Shown here piece by piece: positions 58,663 to 64,000 of a DNA stretch of 64,000 nt (positions within the stretch are counted from its first letter, which is position 1; the number at the start of each line of letters is the position of its first letter). Both the position numbers and the translations under genes were made by a program. This stretch comes from Nitrososphaerota archaeon (GTDB lineage Archaea; Thermoproteota; Nitrososphaeria; Nitrososphaerales; Nitrosopumilaceae): NCBI GenBank assembly GCA_028867755.1, contig JAGWFT010000002.1, positions 160,001-224,000 on the forward strand, given 5' to 3'. The notes under the pieces are model-generated. The model was not told where the DNA came from. It saw only the letters and a list, made by a program, of their open reading frames with translations, and ran no database searches.

Positions 58663-59441
58663 TTGTCGTTAGCTATGGCTCGTGATATTGGGTTTTCCCT
58701 CTGGCCGCTTGCAACTAGTGCCTGTTTTACACCCATCTCGATTGCTTCTGTAGCAGCTAGTATTTTCTTTTCCATGCCAAATCCTATCTTTGGAAGAATT
58801 GCCTTGGCCTCGTCAAGTGATAGTTTTGTCACTAGCTTGTCATCCATCAAAAGGCCGTCCACGTTAGTGAGAAACAAAATCTTGTCTGACTGCATCTTGC
58901 CTGCTACATAGGCAGCAGCTCTGTCACCATCTACATTTAGAAAATCAAATTCTTCACTTGTGGCAATAGGTGAGATTACCGGGACGTATCCTTGGTCTAA
59001 GATTACTTTTATGAGGTCAGTGTTTATCTCGCGTATCTTCCCTGTATATCCGCCGTCAATTGCCATCTTTCTTCCTTTTTCATTGATTACAATTAGTTTC
59101 TTTTTTCTCTCTGCCTGGATTATCTTGCCATCAATACCTGAAAGACCAACTGCATTGATTCCATTTTTCTGTAGCATTCCTACAATCATCTTGTTTATCT
59201 TGCCTGACATTACCATGGTGAAAATTTCTGCAGTCTCCTTGTCAGTGTACCTACTCTTGATGCCGCCAGGTGAAACTATGAATTTTTGTTCTTTTCCAAG
59301 AGCTTCTGAGATCCTCGTTACTTCTTTTCCTCCACCATGTACCAAAATTACTTTTTCTTGCTCTGAGACTTTTTTCAAGTCTGATATGGTAGAAGGATGA
59401 AGACCGTCTACAACACTTCCTCCTATCTTGATTGTGATCAT
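58641..59441 (-). CDS. lysZ: [LysW]-aminoadipate/glutamate kinase
   Basis: IKIGGS, VHGGG, SRYTD, LNVDGDRAA, GM..K. Confidence 0.9.
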   Translation of the reverse strand: MITIKIGGSVVDGLHPSTISDLKKVSEQEKVILVHGGGKEVTRISEALGKEQKFIVSPGGIKSRYTDKETAEIFTMVMSGKINKMIVGMLQKNGINAVGLSGIDGKIIQAERKKKLIVINEKGRKMAIDGGYTGKIREINTDLIKVILDQGYVPVISPIATSEEFDFLNVDGDRAAAYVAGKMQSDKILFLTNVDGLLMDDKLVTKLSLDEAKAILPKIGFGMEKKILAATEAIEMGVKQALVASGQRENPISRAIANDNCTVISK

Positions 59442-59445
59442 CTTT

Positions 59446-60498
59446 TCACACAGGAGTTAGCGGGGAATATGCAAGGCCGTCCATCTCGTTGAACCCTGAC
59501 ATCACGTTCATGTTTTGTATGGCTGAGCCTGCTGCACCCTTCATTAGGTTGTCTGATGCTGATAATACCACTAACCTGTTGTTGTCTTCGTCAATATCAA
59601 ACCCAACATCACAAAAGTTCGAGCCTACCACGAACTTTGGATCTGGGAACTTGTAGAATCCTTTCTTGTCACGAATTAGTCTGATGAACTTTTCATTTTG
59701 ATATTGTTCACGATATATCTTCCACAAATCCATTTCTGTTACTGGCTGCGTAAGAAATGTGTGGTTTGTGCACAAGATTCCTCTTACAATGTCTACTGCA
59801 TGTGGACTCATTGATATTTTGATCTTCTTTCCAGCTGCCTGGCTTAGCTCTTGCTCTATCTCTCCTGTATGTCTGTGCTTTGCTGGCTTGTATGGTCTGA
59901 CAACACCTGACCTCATTGCATGATGGGTCCCTGCCTCAGAGCCTGCTCCAGCTCCTGAAGAGCCTATCTTGGAATCTACAATAATGTGTTCAGTGTCTAT
60001 GATTCCTTTCTTTACCAGTGGGTATAGCGCAAGAATTGATGTTACTGCCATGCATCCAGGGCATGATACAAGCTGTGCCTTTTTGATCTCTTCTCTGTGA
60101 AGTTCTGGAACTCCAAATACTGATTTTGGTAGATAGTCTGGATGTGGATGCTGCCAGCCGTACCACTTGTCATAGTCTGGTGCATTGTGCAATCTATAGT
60201 CTGCACTCAAATCAATTACTTTCATTCCCCTGTCGTACAACTCTTTTACAATATCTACCGCTGTTCCATGTGGTACAGATGTAAAGACCAAGTCGCACTT
60301 GTCTGATAACTTGTCATAATTTAGTTCCGAAAAAGTTAGATCAGTAAATCCTTTGAGGCTTGGCTGAATTCTGGAGATATATTCTCCAACATGTTGTCTT
60401 GAAGTTACTGCTGCAATCTCAACTTTGGGATGGCTGACAAGCAGTCTGAGTATTTCTCCTCCAACATATCCTGATGCCCCGATTACTCCTATTCTCAT
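59446..60498 (-). CDS. lysY: [LysW]-aminoadipate/glutamyl-phosphate reductase
   Basis: GASGYVGGE, IDLSADYRL, PGC, HRH..EI, DNLMKGAAG.A.QN.N. Confidence 0.92.
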   Translation of the reverse strand: MRIGVIGASGYVGGEILRLLVSHPKVEIAAVTSRQHVGEYISRIQPSLKGFTDLTFSELNYDKLSDKCDLVFTSVPHGTAVDIVKELYDRGMKVIDLSADYRLHNAPDYDKWYGWQHPHPDYLPKSVFGVPELHREEIKKAQLVSCPGCMAVTSILALYPLVKKGIIDTEHIIVDSKIGSSGAGAGSEAGTHHAMRSGVVRPYKPAKHRHTGEIEQELSQAAGKKIKISMSPHAVDIVRGILCTNHTFLTQPVTEMDLWKIYREQYQNEKFIRLIRDKKGFYKFPDPKFVVGSNFCDVGFDIDEDNNRLVVLSASDNLMKGAAGSAIQNMNVMSGFNEMDGLAYSPLTPV

Positions 60499-60557
60499 AA
60501 GTGATCTCCTAGCATAACATAGTATAATTTAAACTCTAAAATTTTCTAAATTTCTTT

Positions 60558-61415
60558 TTATCTAACTGCTGAGCTAACTGCATACTCAATCATCTCTTTT
60601 GGAATATTGCGTTTGGCAACCTTTGCCAATCCCTTAAACTCTACAGTATTGTTGACCTCGTGAACTACAAATCCTCTTTTTTCATCTTCCATGATGTCAA
60701 TTCCAAGAATTCCTCCTCCAACTGCTTTTGATGCTTTCATGCAAATATCTTCTAGGTCCTTTGTTATCTCGCATGGCACAGGCTCTCCACCGAGCGCGAT
60801 ATTTGTCTTAAATCCTCCAGACGAGGTCCTGTACATCGCAGCTATGACTTGGTCTCCTACTGCGATTGCCCGGATGTCTCTTGGAGGCCTCTTTATTGCC
60901 TCTTGGAGATAAAATATCCTGTCAAGCGGGCCATCGGTTAGCTCCCTTACTTCGATAATTGCGTCTGCTGTCTCTCTGTCCTTTAGTAGTATCACTCCCC
61001 TTCCCCAGCTTCCTATGATTGGCTTGATAACAAGTGGGTATCCTTGTTTTTCAAGCGTCTCAACTGCCGACTCGGACGAGAACGAAAAATAGGTCTTTGG
61101 TGTGGGAACGTTGTGTTTCTTTAGGAGAAGCGATGTTAACATTTTGTTTCCGCAGTTGTTTGCAACCTCAAACTTGTTGAAGACTGGGATATCGAGAAAT
61201 TCTAGACATGCTGTAATGTGCAGACCACGAAAATAGCTGACACATCTTTCAAGTACCACATCACCAAAATCAAAATCATTTTTCTTGCTTTCAGTACTGA
61301 TGTTAGTTATCTTTGCATCGATCATCTTTGTATCATGTCCAAGCTCTATTGCTTTTTCCTCGAGCATTTTCTCTTCTAGTCTTACTCTATCAAACACGAT
61401 ACGGAGTTTGGGCAT
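60558..61415 (-). CDS. argX: Glutamate--LysW ligase (arginine-type ATP-grasp)
   Basis: Same fold as LysX but with EVNNTVEFKGL (G-hydrophobic signature recalled as ArgX-type); downstream of argG and the second lysW. Confidence 0.78.
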   Translation of the reverse strand: MPKLRIVFDRVRLEEKMLEEKAIELGHDTKMIDAKITNISTESKKNDFDFGDVVLERCVSYFRGLHITACLEFLDIPVFNKFEVANNCGNKMLTSLLLKKHNVPTPKTYFSFSSESAVETLEKQGYPLVIKPIIGSWGRGVILLKDRETADAIIEVRELTDGPLDRIFYLQEAIKRPPRDIRAIAVGDQVIAAMYRTSSGGFKTNIALGGEPVPCEITKDLEDICMKASKAVGGGILGIDIMEDEKRGFVVHEVNNTVEFKGLAKVAKRNIPKEMIEYAVSSAVR

Positions 61416-61583
61416 TTACTCTCCCCAATCTTCGCCGACTTTTTCAGCATGTTTTAGTTCGCATACTGCGCCGTTCTTTGAAGCAATCTCAAAATCTGCC
61501 CCGCAATCAGGACAAGATATTATCTCTCCAACACTTGCGTCACCTGGAATTTTTAAATTTGCATCACATTCTGGACAATTCAT
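61416..61583 (-). CDS. lysW: Second LysW/ArgW carrier with canonical C-terminus EDWGE (55 aa, not in ORF track)
   Basis: MNCPECDANLKIPGDASVGEIISCPDCGADFEIASKNGAVCELKHAEKVGEDWGE*. Confidence 0.93.
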   Translation of the reverse strand: MNCPECDANLKIPGDASVGEIISCPDCGADFEIASKNGAVCELKHAEKVGEDWGE

Positions 61584-61594
61584 TCTTTAATTTT

Positions 61595-62782
61595 TCACCC
61601 CTTTTTTAGTAATTTATTAGCTTCTGTTGATTGCAGCCCCCACAATTCTACAAATCCTTTTGCAAGGGTCTGGTCGAAAGTGGAACCTGAACCATATGTT
61701 GCTAAGTCATGACTATACAATGAATAATCTGATTTTCTTCCAACCACTCTAAGACTTCCTTTGAACATTTTGAGCTTTACAGTTCCGCTAACTCTTTTCT
61801 GTGACATATTGATAAACATATCTAAATCTGTTTTCAGAGGATCTTGCCAGAGCCCGGAATATGCGAGCCATGCCCATTCCGAGTCAACCATTGCTTTGAA
61901 TTTTAATTCGTGTTTTGTAAGAACCATTTTTTCTAGATCGGTATGTGCCTCAATAAGACAGAGAGCTGCTGGCGTCTCGTATACCTCTCGAGATTTTATT
62001 CCAACCACTCTGTCCTCTATGTGATCTACTATTCCAACACCTGCCGCTCCGGCCTTTTTGTTGACGTATTGGATTAACTCCATTGGTTTTAGATTCCTGC
62101 CGTCTACTGCCACCGGTATTCCCTGCCTGAACTTTATCTCCAAGTACTGTGGCCTGTCTGGCAAGTTTTTTGTCTTGACCCAGATGAAAGCGTCTTCTGG
62201 TGGCTCTGCAAATGCATCTTCAAGATCACCTCCCTCTATTGCTCTTCCCCAAAGGTTTTGGTCTATGCTAAACCTCTTTGCTGCAGTATCAATCTGTATT
62301 CCATGCTTTTTTGCAAATTTTAATTCAATATCGCGAGTAAGGTTGAGGTCCCTGATGGGGGCAATGATTGGCAAAGTAGAGCCTGATCGCATGGTGACAT
62401 CAAATCGCACCTGATCATTTCCTTTTCCAGTACAGCCATGAGCCAATGCCTCCGCGTTCTCTTTTTTTGCAATCTCTACTACCTTTTGAGCAATTAATGG
62501 TCTTGCAAGAGCCGTTGCAAGACAATATTTTTTTTGGTATAGTGCATTTGCCTTGATTGAAGGTATTATGAAATCCTCTACAAACTCGCTTCTTGCATCA
62601 ACGTTGTAATGCCTTACCACTCCAAGTTTTTTTGCCTTGGCTGTAATTTTTTTCAGATCGTCGCCCTGACCAACATCAACTGTAATAGTGACTACATCTA
62701 GTCCGTGTTTTTCTTGAAGATATTTTACGACAACAGATGTGTCAAGTCCGCCAGAGAAAGCTAAAACTGCCTTTCCTTTCAT
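61595..62782 (-). CDS. argG: Argininosuccinate synthase
   Basis: LAFSGGLDTS, TALARPLI, HGCTGKGNDQVRF, SIDQNLWG, KSREVYE. Confidence 0.96.
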   Translation of the reverse strand: MKGKAVLAFSGGLDTSVVVKYLQEKHGLDVVTITVDVGQGDDLKKITAKAKKLGVVRHYNVDARSEFVEDFIIPSIKANALYQKKYCLATALARPLIAQKVVEIAKKENAEALAHGCTGKGNDQVRFDVTMRSGSTLPIIAPIRDLNLTRDIELKFAKKHGIQIDTAAKRFSIDQNLWGRAIEGGDLEDAFAEPPEDAFIWVKTKNLPDRPQYLEIKFRQGIPVAVDGRNLKPMELIQYVNKKAGAAGVGIVDHIEDRVVGIKSREVYETPAALCLIEAHTDLEKMVLTKHELKFKAMVDSEWAWLAYSGLWQDPLKTDLDMFINMSQKRVSGTVKLKMFKGSLRVVGRKSDYSLYSHDLATYGSGSTFDQTLAKGFVELWGLQSTEANKLLKKG

Positions 62783-63024
62783 TGAGGTTTTCTGTGATCA
62801 GATTTTAGCATTTATCTTTTATGGTATGCAATCTGATCCGTTCTGTCCTGTCAAAAAACTTGAAAAATTATTTTTTCATCAATGAGAGAAAGCAACTTAG
62901 TCCAAGCTAAAATTCGATTACTATTTAACCGCAATATTATAACGCTGTTATATGAAAATTATTCCCCTTTCGGGCATATATTACGATATGTCGTACAGCA
63001 ACAGTCAAAGAAGAGGGTAGTCAA

Positions 63025-63801
63025 ATGACAAAACTCCAGGCAAAAAACATTGTAAAACATTTTGATCACAACGGTAACTCAGTTCTTGCACTTGATGGAA
63101 TAACTCTTGATGTGCAAGAAGGGGACTTTGTCTGCATTGTGGGACCATCAGGATGTGGCAAGTCTACATTTCTAAATATTGTTGCAGGTCTTGAAAAACC
63201 AGACTCTGGAGATGTATTGCTTAATGGAAATTCTATCTCCACTCCAGGACCTGACAGGACGATGGTCTTTCAAGAAGGTGCGCTCTTTCCATGGCTCAAG
63301 GTTATTGATAACGTAGAGTTTGGACTCAAGATGGCAGGAATTCCAAAGGATGAACGCAGACAAATATCGCAAAGATATCTTGACATGATGCAACTAACCA
63401 AGTTTGCAGACTCGTATACATATCAGCTATCGACTGGAATGAAACAAAGAGTTGCAATAGCAAGAGCACTTGCTATGGATCCGGAAATTTTGTTGATGGA
63501 TGAACCATTTGCAGCTCTTGACTCTCAGACAAGAGATCTCTTACTTGTAGAACTGCAACTCATATGGGAGAGGACAAAAAAGACAATCATCTTTGTAACA
63601 CACAACATCTCTGAATCTGTCATACTGGGAAACCGCGTAGTAGTTTTCAAAAACAGGCCTTCTAAGATAAAAAAAGAGATAGTTATCGATTATAGAAGAC
63701 CACGACTAATGGAGGATGAGAATCTCCAGAAATATTATCATCAGATTGTAGAAGAGCTCAAGAGCGAAGTGATTGCGCAAATAAAGGATGAGAACCAATG
63801 A
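63025..63801 (+). CDS. ABC transporter ATP-binding protein, NitT/TauT (nitrate/sulfonate/bicarbonate) family
   Basis: GPSGCGKST, VFQE.ALFPW, LSTGMKQR, LLMDEPF, FVTH. Confidence 0.92.
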   Translation: MTKLQAKNIVKHFDHNGNSVLALDGITLDVQEGDFVCIVGPSGCGKSTFLNIVAGLEKPDSGDVLLNGNSISTPGPDRTMVFQEGALFPWLKVIDNVEFGLKMAGIPKDERRQISQRYLDMMQLTKFADSYTYQLSTGMKQRVAIARALAMDPEILLMDEPFAALDSQTRDLLLVELQLIWERTKKTIIFVTHNISESVILGNRVVVFKNRPSKIKKEIVIDYRRPRLMEDENLQKYYHQIVEELKSEVIAQIKDENQ

Positions 63802-64000
63802 ACGAGAAAGTAATCTCTGAGAAAAACTCGCAAGGCCTTCACGACGCAGCAAACGCTGCTTTACTATTGGCAATCTTTGTTGGTGTGTGGCAAGTGGTAT
63901 TCATGCTTGGAATATGGCCTCAGATATCCTTGCCATCTCCTGTCATGGTTGCAGAGTCGTTTGTCAAAATAATCTCAAACTTTTCTCTACCCGAAGGAAT
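63798..64000 (+). CDS. ABC transporter permease (NitT/TauT family), 5' part; truncated by the window edge
   Basis: ATG overlaps the ATPase stop; ...AIFVGVWQVV...LPSP..V..SF motif. Confidence 0.75.
   Translation, partial: MNEKVISEKNSQGLHDAANAALLLAIFVGVWQVVFMLGIWPQISLPSPVMVAESFVKIISNFSLPEG

Overview
Archaeal chromosomal segment from an ammonia-oxidising archaeon (Nitrososphaerota/Thaumarchaeota). Markers are the eukaryote-like topoisomerase IB, the 3HP/4HB carbon-fixation pair (ADP-forming acyl-CoA synthetase plus crotonase), a PEFG-CTERM cupredoxin, an RPC34/TFE-beta homolog, rps30e and the LysW-dependent Arg/Lys cluster. The AT-rich composition and gene content look Nitrosotalea-like (inference). 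Most of the window is housekeeping: RNA modification, nop5-fibrillarin, pyrD-pyrK, radA-rpl21e-rpo4-ksgA, dnaG-ribK-ribL and argG-lys/arg. It also carries tRNA-Ser(GCU) and tRNA-Met(CAU), the latter with a 19-nt non-canonical 30/31 intron. Items most worth follow-up: (1) a stand-alone protein retaining all catalytic and Zn-binding motifs of eukaryotic peptide:N-glycanase (Png1/NGLY1); (2) two LysW carrier/ligase pairs, where the lysine-linked carrier ends in EDWGQ instead of the EDWGE whose gamma-carboxyl normally carries the substrate; (3) a 3.5-kb integrase-less island bounded by an exact 17-bp copy of the tRNA-Met 3' end, carrying copper/redox-like cargo; (4) a Grs-like radical SAM protein; (5) a shared GGTA-N9-TACC operator linking an HxlR regulator and pirin; (6) several decayed gene remnants missing from the ORF track. 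No CRISPR array or rRNA was seen. All family assignments come from motif recognition; no database searches were run.
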